A stretch of DNA of 56,661 nt, from assembly GCA_007571315.1 (NCBI GenBank), contig RKRP01000139.1:1-56661 (forward strand), read 5' to 3'. Below the pieces are notes generated by a model. That model was not told the DNA's origin, searched no databases, and saw only the letters and a list, made by a program, of their open reading frames with translations. This document shows, one piece after another, positions 39,385 to 48,610 of this stretch; positions within the stretch are counted from its first letter, which is position 1, and each line of letters begins with the position of its first letter. The DNA is from Gammaproteobacteria bacterium. Lineage in GTDB: Bacteria; Pseudomonadota; Gammaproteobacteria; Steroidobacterales; Foliamicaceae. The position numbers and the translations under genes were made by a program.

Positions 39385-39882
39385 CTATTTGACCGTAACG
39401 CGGATTACCGAAGACATTACCGGGGGATCATGCGGAATGTGCAGATCGTCCCCCAGCAGCAACTGCAGCGTATGACTGCCCGGTTCCAGCTGCAACTCCA
39501 CGCGGGTCTGGCCCAGCCCGAAATGGATATGGCTGTCGTCCGTGATGATGGGCAGATCCATGCGCGGCAATCCGGTATTCAGCAGAATGTGATGATGACC
39601 GCTGTGTTCAGCCGCATCGCCGGCGTGCCGCAGCTCCATCCCCTCCAGGCCGAACTCCACCACCACAGGCGCTGTGACTTCGGCGCCGTCGGCAGGTGAA
39701 ATGAACCATACCCTGGCGCCCTCCGGCGAAGGTTTGCGGGGCAGGCCCGGCTGCGCGCGCGCGATTTCGGCCGCTGGCGGATCCGCGGCGACCTCAGCCG
39801 CCTCGTCGGTGGCCGGGCGACCGCAGCCAGCCAGCAGCGCCAGGGGGAGCAAAATGGCGAGAGTGCGTTGAATCATGGGCAA
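39385..39882 (-). CDS. DUF4399 domain-containing lipoprotein
   Basis: 165 aa. Lipobox LLAGC, an Ig-like periplasmic domain pattern, and HSGHHHILLN, which matches the DUF4399 GHHHL motif. Confidence 0.65.
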   Translation of the reverse strand: MPMIQRTLAILLPLALLAGCGRPATDEAAEVAADPPAAEIARAQPGLPRKPSPEGARVWFISPADGAEVTAPVVVEFGLEGMELRHAGDAAEHSGHHHILLNTGLPRMDLPIITDDSHIHFGLGQTRVELQLEPGSHTLQLLLGDDLHIPHDPPVMSSVIRVTVK

Positions 39883-39960
39883 CCCCGGATCGGCTGAGAG
39901 CGCTCAAGCCGGATCATAACCCAGCGCCTTCGCCCGCACACGCTGCGGGAGGCATGCGCG

Positions 39961-40941
39961 CTACAGGTCCAGTTGGCTTGCCGCGCTGCGCTCGGCCACC
40001 AACTCATCGCCGGTGATGCGGATTTTGTCCCGGGAGAATTCATCGAGCTCCAGCCCCTGGACGATTTCCCAGGCGCCGTCCGCGCAGCGCACGGGATAGG
40101 AGAAATACACGCCTTCAGGGGCGCCGTAACTGCCGTCGCTGGGCACCGCCATGCTCACCCAGTCGCCGTCGCGCGTTCCATGCGCCCAGTCGCGCATGTG
40201 ATCAATGGCGGCGCTGGCGGCGGAGGCCGCGCTCGAGGTTCCGCGCGCCTGAATCACAGAAGCGCCGCGCTGCTGCACGGTGGTCAAAAACTCGCCCCTT
40301 GCCCATTCCTCATCGACCAGCGCTGTGGCCGTCCGTCCGTCCACCAGCGCCTGCGACAAGTCCGGATACTGCGTGGCTGAATGATTCCCCCAAATAATCA
40401 TGCGCTCTACGGAGCGCGCGTGATGTCCCGTTCGGGCAGCGAGTTGGGCGCAGGCCCGGTTGTGGTCCAGCCGGGTCATTGCCGAAAAATTGCGGGGGTT
40501 CATGTCCGGAGCATTGGAGGCCGCGAGCAGCGCGTTGGTGTTGGCCGGGTTCCCCACCACCAGCACCTTGGCCCGGTCGTCGGCTTGTTCATTCAGCGCC
40601 TGGCCCTGGCGGGAAAAGATGCGCGCGTTTTCGGTTAACAAGTCCGAGCGTTCCATTCCCGGGCCTCGCGGTTTCGCCCCCACCAGGAAAACATACTCGG
40701 CCCCGCGGAAGCCTTCCTCCAGCCGCTCCGTGGTAATCACTTCGCGCAGCGACTCGAAGGCGCAGTCGGCCAGTTCCATGGCCACGCCCCGCAGCGCCTT
40801 CATGGCGGGGGCAATCTCGATCAGGCGCAGCGTAAGCGGCTGCCCGTAGCCGAGAAGCTGCCCCGATGCGATACGGAAGGCGAGCTGATAGCCGATCTGG
40901 CCGGCGGCTCCGGTTATGGCGAGCTGTGTGGATTGCGACAT
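39961..40941 (-). CDS. mdh: malate dehydrogenase (LDH-like type)
   Basis: 326 aa. ITGAAGQIGYQLAFRIASG, VGNPANTNALL, MTRLDHNRA, IIWGNHSATQYPD. Confidence 0.95.
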   Translation of the reverse strand: MSQSTQLAITGAAGQIGYQLAFRIASGQLLGYGQPLTLRLIEIAPAMKALRGVAMELADCAFESLREVITTERLEEGFRGAEYVFLVGAKPRGPGMERSDLLTENARIFSRQGQALNEQADDRAKVLVVGNPANTNALLAASNAPDMNPRNFSAMTRLDHNRACAQLAARTGHHARSVERMIIWGNHSATQYPDLSQALVDGRTATALVDEEWARGEFLTTVQQRGASVIQARGTSSAASAASAAIDHMRDWAHGTRDGDWVSMAVPSDGSYGAPEGVYFSYPVRCADGAWEIVQGLELDEFSRDKIRITGDELVAERSAASQLDL

Positions 40942-40992
40942 GACTTTCCGGCTTGCAACGGGGGCCGGAATTGTATCGCCATGCGGGCGGCG

Positions 40993-41343
40993 CTAATCGT
41001 CCTGCTTGTTGAGCTGGTTCCAGAGGCGTATCTGTTCGTTCATCTGCTCGGCCAGTTGCTGCTCGCGGTCAACGGAACTGTCGTAGCGCTTCACGAACAG
41101 CGCCTCGCGTTCTTCCGAGCGGGACTCTTCGTCCAGCGCGTCGAAGTCTTTTTCCAGGCACTCGCGGTAACCTTCCAGCGCATCCTGAAACGCCCTGAAC
41201 TCGGCGATCGCCGCTCTGAACTCGTCAAGCGTCATTTCTTCCGCGTTCGGAGTGACAGGCTCGTCCGGGTAGTCGCAGCCCGGCCAGGCCGGCCCGGCCG
41301 CGAGCAGCAGCGACAGTGCAGTAAGTGTGGCGATGCGTTGCAT
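40993..41343 (-). CDS. small secreted hypothetical protein (coiled-coil, two Cys)
   Basis: 116 aa with signal peptide MQRIATLTALSLLLAAGPAWPG and an acidic helical remainder. I recognised no family. Confidence 0.45.
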   Translation of the reverse strand: MQRIATLTALSLLLAAGPAWPGCDYPDEPVTPNAEEMTLDEFRAAIAEFRAFQDALEGYRECLEKDFDALDEESRSEEREALFVKRYDSSVDREQQLAEQMNEQIRLWNQLNKQDD

Positions 41344-41567
41344 GTGTTCCTCCTCCGGTGCGTCCCGGCTCCGCGGCGTTTGCCAGCAGCTGCGCCATTA
41401 TGCACCAGCGGCCCGGCCTTATTCCCCTGCGGCCGCAACGCCTGCGGCGCCCGCGGCGCGCGGGAACCGGCAGGCGCGCATACAATTGGCCCACCCAGGC
41501 GCCCGCAAGCCATAGACCTTTTGCCCTCCAAAATGCAGCCGTGCCGATAAGGGGCGCCGGTGTAACC

Positions 41568-43124
41568 GTGGCTAGCGCAATCTTCGAACAACGAATCCGG
41601 CGGCTGACCCGGCGGCAATCTTCGGGCGGACTGAGGGGCGTGGAGCGCGAGTGTTTGCGCGTAACGCCCGGCGGCCGGGTGGCGGCCACGGCGCATCCGC
41701 GGGAACTCGGTTCAGCGCTGACGCACCGCTACATCACTACGGACTTTGCCGAAGCGCTGCTCGAACTCATTACGCCTCCCGCGAAATCCAACCGCGACGT
41801 AAGCGGCTGGCTGGCCGCCTTGCACAAATTCGTGCTGGAGCGGATTGGCGGGACCGAGCAAATCTGGCCAGCCAGCATGCCCCCGGCGATACTCGGCGAT
41901 GGCGATCTTTCGCCGGCGCAATACGGCGCCTCCAACATCGGCAGGCTCAAGCATGTGTACCGGCTTGGACTGGCCAACCGCTACGGCCCGCGGATGCAGG
42001 CCATTGTGGGCATTCATTTCAATTATTCGCCGCCGCCGGAGCTGTGGAGCGCGCTGCCGCGCCGCGACGGCCCGCCTTCCGGCGCGGTGGCCAAACGTTC
42101 ATCCTGGATGATGGGCCAGATGCGCAACGTGCGGAGGCTGGCCTGGCTGCCCACCTATCTTCTGGGCGCTTCTCCCGCCTTTCATTCCAGTTTGTCGCCG
42201 GCGCGGCAGCCCGGCCTGAAGCAGGGCCGCCGCGGCACTCTGTTCGCCCCGGAGGCCACTTCCCTCAGAATGAGCAGCCTGGGCTACACCAGCGCCCTGC
42301 AGGCGGGATTGCTGATTTCGGCCAACAGCGTGCATCAGTATGTTCGGGACCTGGAGGCGGCCGTTCATGCTCCCCATGCCGGTTATGCAAAAATCGGCAT
42401 GGGGGCAAACGGCGAGTACCGGCAGTTGTCGTCCAGCGTGCTGCAGGTTGAGAACGAGTACTACTCGCCGGCGCGTCCGAAGCGCCGCATTCGCCGCGGG
42501 GAGCGGGCAGCCACGGCATTGCGCCGGCGCGGCGTGGAGTACCTGGAACTCAGGCTGGTGGATGCCGACCCGTTTGAGCCGCTGGGGGTGAGCGCGGATT
42601 CAATGCGTTTTATGGAAGCTTTTCTGTTGTACTGCCTGTTAGAGGAGAGCCCCTCCATGTCCGCGGCAGAGTATCTCGCCTTCCAGTCCAATCTTGATGC
42701 CACGGCCTGGCGGGGCCGGTCGAGGAACGCGAAACTGTTTCGCGATGATCGGGAAGTTCCCTTGCGCGCCTGGGGCCTTGAGGTTTGCGAGGGCCTGGCG
42801 CCCGTGTGCGAGGCGCTGGACGGCGGCGCGGACGGGCCGCATGGCAAGGCTCTGCAGGCGGCCAGGGAATGCTTGCGCGATCCTGAGCTTACTCCGGCGG
42901 CGCGCGTGCTTGACGAGTTGAGCGGCGCCGGCTGGGATCATCAGTCCTGGGGCATGGAAAAAGCGCTTGCCGCCTCTCAACCTCCTTTGATTGCGCCCCA
43001 TTCCGCCCGCAGCCGGGCACTCAGGGACGAGGCGCCGGCTTCGCTGAAGCGTCAGGACTGGATGGAAAATCAGGATGAGCCGCCCTTCAGCGAATTTCTT
43101 GACGAATACCTGGGCGGCCCCTGA
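41568..43124 (+). CDS. gshA: glutamate--cysteine ligase
   Basis: RGVERECLRVTPGGRVAATAHPRELGSALTHRYITTDFAEALLELITPP closely parallels the E. coli GshA N-terminus. The GTG at 41568 gives 518 aa. The track's 41325 start is an upstream extension. Confidence 0.88.
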   Translation: MASAIFEQRIRRLTRRQSSGGLRGVERECLRVTPGGRVAATAHPRELGSALTHRYITTDFAEALLELITPPAKSNRDVSGWLAALHKFVLERIGGTEQIWPASMPPAILGDGDLSPAQYGASNIGRLKHVYRLGLANRYGPRMQAIVGIHFNYSPPPELWSALPRRDGPPSGAVAKRSSWMMGQMRNVRRLAWLPTYLLGASPAFHSSLSPARQPGLKQGRRGTLFAPEATSLRMSSLGYTSALQAGLLISANSVHQYVRDLEAAVHAPHAGYAKIGMGANGEYRQLSSSVLQVENEYYSPARPKRRIRRGERAATALRRRGVEYLELRLVDADPFEPLGVSADSMRFMEAFLLYCLLEESPSMSAAEYLAFQSNLDATAWRGRSRNAKLFRDDREVPLRAWGLEVCEGLAPVCEALDGGADGPHGKALQAARECLRDPELTPAARVLDELSGAGWDHQSWGMEKALAASQPPLIAPHSARSRALRDEAPASLKRQDWMENQDEPPFSEFLDEYLGGP

Positions 43125-43126
43125 CG

Positions 43127-45889
43127 ATGGTTGCCGACCGCAGCCGCAGCCGCAGCCGCAGGCGCCATCCCGCTTCGCTGCCGGCCGACAAGCGGCGCAA
43201 TATCCGCTTTGCCAAAACGGAAATTCCCTTGCGCAAGGATGCGCACGAATTGGGTGGACAGATAGGCGCCATGGTCAGGGACCGCTGCGGCGGTGAGTTG
43301 TTCAACGCCGTTGAAGAGGCGCGCAGCCTGGCCATCACTTGGCGCAACGGCGATGCGCGCGCGCGCGACCGTCTGGTGGAACTGCTGAACGGGCTGGACG
43401 ACCGGCGCGCCCAGGATGTGTCCCGGGCGTTCGCAACTTGGTTTCAGGCTATCAACACCGCCGAACAGCTGCACCGAACGCGCCGCCGCCGCGCCTTTTT
43501 GCATGATGCCAGCCGTCCGCAGCGTGGTGGCCCGGAGGCGATCTTCAGGCAGTTGCGCAAGGAAGGCATGAATCTGGATCAGGCGGCGGAAATTCTCAAT
43601 TCGGTCCGCCTTAATCCCGTGTTTACCGGGCATCCCACCGAACCCACGCCCACCGCGGTCCTGCGGCAGCAAGCCGGGATTGCCGCGCTTTTGGAGGAGT
43701 TGGGCAACCGGGCGCGGGCGCCGCGGGAGGTGGACGCGCTGTTGCGGTCCGTGCAGGAAAAGGTTACGGCCATCTGGCATTGCGAGGAACATCCTCACGA
43801 GGAGACCACGGTTGCCGCGGAAGTGCAGCAGTTGCTGCATTTCGTGACCGAAGTGATCTATCCGGCCTATCCGGACTTCTACGATTCGCTCATGGAGGCC
43901 ATGACGATTGCCTTCGGAGATGCGGCCAGGGATGTTGAGATTGCCAGCTTGTTGCGTTTTCATTCGTCCATAGGCGGCGACCTTGAGGCGGATGCGGAAA
44001 TTACTCCGCGCTCTATCCGCCAGCTATTCGACACCAAGCGGCTGGCGGTTCTCGATCTCTACAGGAACGAATGCCTTGCGCTTGCGGATGCGCTTACTCA
44101 TTCCGGGCGGCGCATGGAAATCAGCGCGGATATCCGCCGCCGCCTGCGCGTTTACCGGGAGCAATTCCCGGATGTGTACGGACGGCTTGGCCCCGACGAG
44201 CGCGACATGCCCTACCGCGTGCTGCTGCGCCTGATGGCGGCGCGCCTCAAGGCCACGGCGCTGGACACCGCCTTTCACTATGATGATGAAAGAGAGTTCC
44301 TGGACGATCTGGAAGCGCTCAGCGACAGCCTGTCCGCGCATGGCGGAGCCTTTGCCGGAAGCCGGGGAGTGCGGCGGCTGGCGCGCCGGGCGGGGACCTT
44401 CGGCTTTCATCTGCTGGCGGTGGAAGTGCGTCAGCGCGCCTCGCTGCTTCGGCGCGTGCTGAGCAAGACTTTCGACCGCGCCGACTGGGAAACGCCGGCG
44501 GCGCGTTTTGGCTGCCTGCGCAGGGCGCTGGAACGCGATGTGCCGCGGCCGGAAGATTTGGGCAACGAGGGGTTGCGCGCCCTGGGCCTGTTCGACGCGC
44601 TGCGCTATCTTAAGGGCCGCTACGGCAAACATGCCCTGGGCGGCTTGCTGCTGGGCGGAGTAACGGAGCCGGCCGACATTTTAGGAGCGCTGTTGCTGGC
44701 GCGATGGGCGGGCTTTGAAAGGAGAGACGGGCACACGCCGCTGGACCTGATTCCCGTTTTTGAAAGCAATCTGGATCCCCGCCAGTGCGCCCGGGTGCTG
44801 GAGCAGTTGCTGAACGAACCCGTTTACCGCCGGCATATCGCGCTTCGCAACCATCAGCAGTTCGTGATGGTGGATCAGGCGCGAGCGCGGCTGGATTTTG
44901 ATTTGCCGTCCGAGCAATGGTCGATTCGGGGCCTGCAAGAGGCTGCGGTTCGGGCCATTGCGGACAACCGCGCCACTCCGGTGCTGCTTCAGGGCCGCGG
45001 CAGCGCCTACGAGCGCAGCGGCCGGCGCAGCCTGCTGGTTGGCATTCCCACCGAGCAGCTCCAGCACCCGTTCAAGTACGCCGAGGCCGGCGAGCGGGCC
45101 GGATTGCGCTACGGCATGCAAGGCATCGCGCTGCGGTCGCTGGAGCTTGCCGCCGGCGAGCTGCTTTTGGCCAAGTCCGGACACGCCCGCGATGCAACGC
45201 CTTCAGGCGCGGACGAAATCATGACCAGCCTGGTTCAGGGGAGCAGCAAGGCCCACAGCGCATTCCCGGGCGGCCCCCGGGGCCTGGCGGAGTATTTCGA
45301 GCAGGCCACTCCGGCCGACCTGCTGGCGCGAATGCCCACAACCGCAAGGCGCAGCGGCATGCGCGAGGGCGTAGCCGTGAAGCTGCCCCGGCCGCTGGTG
45401 TCCTTCTGCTGGGCGCAAAGCCGCAACCTGTTGCCGGGCTGGTACGGTTTTGGCGCAGGGCTGGACCAGGCCATAAGGCGGCATGGATTGAAGACTGTGC
45501 GCCAGGCGGCGGCGGACTGGCGCTATCTGCATGGCATGCTGCGTGATCTGGAGTTGGCCCTGGCTCGTTCGGACCTGGAAATCGCGGAGTTCTATTCGCG
45601 TTTGGCCGGCCCGCTGCACGACGCATGCTTTCAGGTGATTCTCGAAGAACACGAGCGAACTCTGGAAAACCTGTTGCGGGTCTTTCGGCGCAAGGTGCTG
45701 CTCGAAGACCAGCCCGCTTTGCGGCGTTCCATCCGCTTGCGCAATCCTTATGTGGACCCGATGAACCTGTTGCAGGTGCGCTTGTTGACGCGCTGGCGCG
45801 AGAGCGGCCGGAAATGCTCCGGCGACCTCTATTCGGCGCTCAAATCCACGGTATATGGCATCGCGCGCGGGGTGCAGGAAGCCACCTGA
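43127..45889 (+). CDS. phosphoenolpyruvate carboxylase homologue with divergent catalytic motifs
   Basis: 920 aa. The N-terminal half is PEPC-like (VSRAFATWFQAINTAEQLHRTRRRR, VFTGHPTE). The C-terminal half retains WAQSRNLLPGWYGFG and LRNPYVDPMNLLQVRLL. The glycine loop reads LQGRGSAYERSGRRS and the C-terminus reads GVQEAT instead of NTG. Confidence 0.75.
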   Translation: MVADRSRSRSRRRHPASLPADKRRNIRFAKTEIPLRKDAHELGGQIGAMVRDRCGGELFNAVEEARSLAITWRNGDARARDRLVELLNGLDDRRAQDVSRAFATWFQAINTAEQLHRTRRRRAFLHDASRPQRGGPEAIFRQLRKEGMNLDQAAEILNSVRLNPVFTGHPTEPTPTAVLRQQAGIAALLEELGNRARAPREVDALLRSVQEKVTAIWHCEEHPHEETTVAAEVQQLLHFVTEVIYPAYPDFYDSLMEAMTIAFGDAARDVEIASLLRFHSSIGGDLEADAEITPRSIRQLFDTKRLAVLDLYRNECLALADALTHSGRRMEISADIRRRLRVYREQFPDVYGRLGPDERDMPYRVLLRLMAARLKATALDTAFHYDDEREFLDDLEALSDSLSAHGGAFAGSRGVRRLARRAGTFGFHLLAVEVRQRASLLRRVLSKTFDRADWETPAARFGCLRRALERDVPRPEDLGNEGLRALGLFDALRYLKGRYGKHALGGLLLGGVTEPADILGALLLARWAGFERRDGHTPLDLIPVFESNLDPRQCARVLEQLLNEPVYRRHIALRNHQQFVMVDQARARLDFDLPSEQWSIRGLQEAAVRAIADNRATPVLLQGRGSAYERSGRRSLLVGIPTEQLQHPFKYAEAGERAGLRYGMQGIALRSLELAAGELLLAKSGHARDATPSGADEIMTSLVQGSSKAHSAFPGGPRGLAEYFEQATPADLLARMPTTARRSGMREGVAVKLPRPLVSFCWAQSRNLLPGWYGFGAGLDQAIRRHGLKTVRQAAADWRYLHGMLRDLELALARSDLEIAEFYSRLAGPLHDACFQVILEEHERTLENLLRVFRRKVLLEDQPALRRSIRLRNPYVDPMNLLQVRLLTRWRESGRKCSGDLYSALKSTVYGIARGVQEAT

Positions 45890-45924
45890 GCGCCGGTAGT
45901 TCGGCGGGGCCGCATGTGCTCAAG

Positions 45925-46050
45925 CTTCCTCGCCCCTGGCGCCTGCCACCTCCCCGCGGGAGACGCATGAATACATCCCTGTAGCTCATTCCGACATCCT
46001 GTCTCCAACGCTCCCGCGGGGAGGGGGCAGACGCCAGGGGCTTTAGCAGG
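45925..46050. repeat. palindromic intergenic element, copy 3 (arms 45933-45962 / 46011-46040, 28/30 complementary)
   Basis: Left flank ttcctcg, arms cccctggcgcctgccacctccccgcgggag / ctcccgcggggagggggcagacgccagggg, right flank ctttagcagg ending 6 nt before the ybbP-like stop. It sits between the convergent ppc-like and ybbP-like genes. Confidence 0.88.
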
Positions 46051-46055
46051 AAAAG

Positions 46056-48545
46056 CTAGTCGCCGCGCAATACGCTTAGCAGAGGGGCTTTGAGGGAGCC
46101 GCTGGCGGCGAGCATCCCGGCCAGTCCGATCAGCAAGGCGCCGGAACCGATGCCCAGGGCAAGCAGGCCCGGATCAAGGCCGTAGTCGAGCTCGAACACC
46201 CGTTCGGCCAGCAACAGGCCCAGCACACTGGCGGCTCCTGCGCCCAGCAAGCCGGCCAGCCCGCCCAGCACGCCGAACTCCACGGCCAGACTGCGCAGGA
46301 TGGTGGCGCGGCGACCTCCCAGAGTGCGCAGCACGGCGGTTTGCAGCGAGCGTTCGCGGTGATTGGCGCGCACCGCCGCCAGCACCACAACGATGGCGGC
46401 CAGCACGCTGAAGGCGAAAATGAATTGCACCGCCAGCCCGGCCCGGTCCAGGATCCGGCGGGCCTGGCTGATGATCGCGTCCAAGTCGATGATGGTTACG
46501 CCCGGATAGCTTTTGAGCAGCGCCATCAACACATCGCCGCGCTCCGGCGGGATGTAGGCGCTTGCGATCATCGTTTGGGGCAAGTCGGCCGCGTCGGGCG
46601 AGAGCACCAGCTGGAAATTGGGATTGAAGGTGTCCCAGTCCACGCTGCGCAGGTTGCTGAGTTCCGCTTCGATTCCCACGCCGCCCACATCGAAGCTTAC
46701 GCGGTCGCCCAGAGTTATGCCGAGGCGGGCCGCGGACTGCGAATCGGCGGACAATTGCGTGGCCCCCTGGCGCGGCTCATCCCACCATTCGCCGCGTATG
46801 ACCCGGTCGCCCTGCGGGACCGCGGCGGACCAGGACAGGTTGGACGACCTTTCGAGGGCGCGGCGGCCCTCGGGAAGCGGCGTCGACCATTCCTGGGCGG
46901 GAATTCCGTTGATGCGGGTAATCCGCGCCCGAATAAAGGGCAGCGCTTCGGAAAGATCAGGCACCTGTTCGCTGAGCAGCGCCCGAATGCCCGGCCATTC
47001 ATCCGGGGCGATATTGATGAAGAAGTAATTGGGGGCGTTTTCCGGCACGGAGCCGCGCCAGGCGTCCAGCAGGTCGGTTCGCATTACGCCCAGCAGCAAT
47101 ACCGCCATCAGCCCCAGCCCAAACCCGGCCACTTGCGCCACGCTCTCGCCTCCTCCCCGGCGGATGTTGGCCAGCCCGTGCCGCCAGGCGACTCCGCCGC
47201 CGCCGCGAAGCGCCGACAGAACCCGCACCAGCAGCCAGCCGAGCAGCAGTCCGGCGGCGGCGGTAAGGACCAGGCCGAGACACATCCAAAAAGCCAGTTC
47301 CCGGTCGCCGGCCAGAACCGCGATGATGACCAGGATCATAGCCAGCGGCGCCCCCTGGCGCAGCAGCAGCGCCGGGCCTTTTACCGGCATGTCCTGCCGC
47401 AGCACGCGCAGCGGCGATGTCCGCGCCAGGCTTCTCAGCCAGGGCACCACGCAGGCTGCGGTAACCGCCACAGCGATGACCGTTCCCGGCAGCAGGCCGC
47501 GCCAGCTGGCCGGGGGCAGTTGCAGGTTGATGACCTGGCGGGCATAGCCCGACAACCCCAGGTGCGCGATATAGCCGGCGGCGCTGCCCAGCGCGATGCC
47601 GAGCAGGCACACGATAAGAACCGGCGCCAGCGAGCGGCGGAACACCTGTTCTTGCGTCGCCCCCAGGCATTTTTCCAGGGCTGCGGTAACCAGCCGGTTG
47701 CGGGTGTAGCTGCGCGCCGCCAGGGCGGTGGCGACGGCCGCCAGGATTACGCTCACCAGCGCCGCCAGGCCCAGGAAGCGCCCGGCCCGCTCCACCGCCG
47801 AAGACAAGGTCCGGCTGGTTTCTTCCAGATTTTGTATGCGCTCGTCGGCTCTCAGGCCGTCCTCTTCGGCGCGCCGGAATTCCAGCACCTGCTCCTTTGA
47901 CCCGGCGAACAGTTGCCGGTAGGAAACACGGCTGCCCGGCCGAACCACGTCCATCGCCGCCACATCCTCAAGATTCGCCAGCACCGTGGGCCCCAATTGC
48001 TGAAAGCCGGTGCCCGGGTCCGGACGGTAGCGCAGCACCCGGGTGGCCCTGAATTCCATGGAACCCAGGCGCAGGGCTTCTCCAACCTCAATGTCCAGTT
48101 GAGCGAGCACCGCGGCATCCACCCATACCTCGCCCGATTCGGGGATGCCTGCGGCCGGCTGGCCAGGACCGAAAGGGCGCCCGGAGGTCCGCACCTCGCC
48201 GCGCAGCGGATAGTCTCCAGACACCGCCACCACCGAGCTCAGCGCAGTCTTTTCCCCGGTAAAGGCGACCGTGGCGAAAGACCATGTTTCGCCGCTTTGC
48301 AGGCCGTAGGCGCGGGCGCGCTCGATACGCTGCGGGTCCAGCCGCGCCGGCGCGGCGAAGGCCAGGTCGGCGGCCAGCACTTCGGCGGCCTGCTGGCGCA
48401 CGGCGGCTCCTATCCGTTCGGTCAGCAGGCTCACCGCGGCCACTGCGGCCACCGACACCGCCAGCGCCGAAAGCATTACGGTAAAGTCGCCCGAGCGCAG
48501 TTGCCGCAGCCACTTCAAGAGGGACGAACTCGCAGGCATCATCAT
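46056..48545 (-). CDS. FtsX-family ABC transporter permease (YbbP-like, duplicated FtsX domains)
   Basis: About 829 aa from the MMM cluster (48537-48545); the track's start at 48584 is also possible. Ten hydrophobic segments in two FtsX-like halves, each preceded by a large loop. No adjacent ATPase gene. Confidence 0.8.
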   Translation of the reverse strand: MMMPASSSLLKWLRQLRSGDFTVMLSALAVSVAAVAAVSLLTERIGAAVRQQAAEVLAADLAFAAPARLDPQRIERARAYGLQSGETWSFATVAFTGEKTALSSVVAVSGDYPLRGEVRTSGRPFGPGQPAAGIPESGEVWVDAAVLAQLDIEVGEALRLGSMEFRATRVLRYRPDPGTGFQQLGPTVLANLEDVAAMDVVRPGSRVSYRQLFAGSKEQVLEFRRAEEDGLRADERIQNLEETSRTLSSAVERAGRFLGLAALVSVILAAVATALAARSYTRNRLVTAALEKCLGATQEQVFRRSLAPVLIVCLLGIALGSAAGYIAHLGLSGYARQVINLQLPPASWRGLLPGTVIAVAVTAACVVPWLRSLARTSPLRVLRQDMPVKGPALLLRQGAPLAMILVIIAVLAGDRELAFWMCLGLVLTAAAGLLLGWLLVRVLSALRGGGGVAWRHGLANIRRGGGESVAQVAGFGLGLMAVLLLGVMRTDLLDAWRGSVPENAPNYFFINIAPDEWPGIRALLSEQVPDLSEALPFIRARITRINGIPAQEWSTPLPEGRRALERSSNLSWSAAVPQGDRVIRGEWWDEPRQGATQLSADSQSAARLGITLGDRVSFDVGGVGIEAELSNLRSVDWDTFNPNFQLVLSPDAADLPQTMIASAYIPPERGDVLMALLKSYPGVTIIDLDAIISQARRILDRAGLAVQFIFAFSVLAAIVVVLAAVRANHRERSLQTAVLRTLGGRRATILRSLAVEFGVLGGLAGLLGAGAASVLGLLLAERVFELDYGLDPGLLALGIGSGALLIGLAGMLAASGSLKAPLLSVLRGD

Positions 48546-48610
48546 TGCGGCGCGAACTTTCGCATATACTGCACGCCCGCTCAAGGCAATAGCGCATCCG
48601 GCAGACTGCT

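Noticed and set aside
14901-46050. Whether the three palindromic repeats could be a CRISPR array or IS inverted repeats.
   Set aside because: The copies are dispersed 10-20 kb apart and are not in a tandem repeat-spacer array. No cas genes or transposase lie between or next to them. Each copy is a self-contained hairpin, so they are reported as a REP/MITE-like family.
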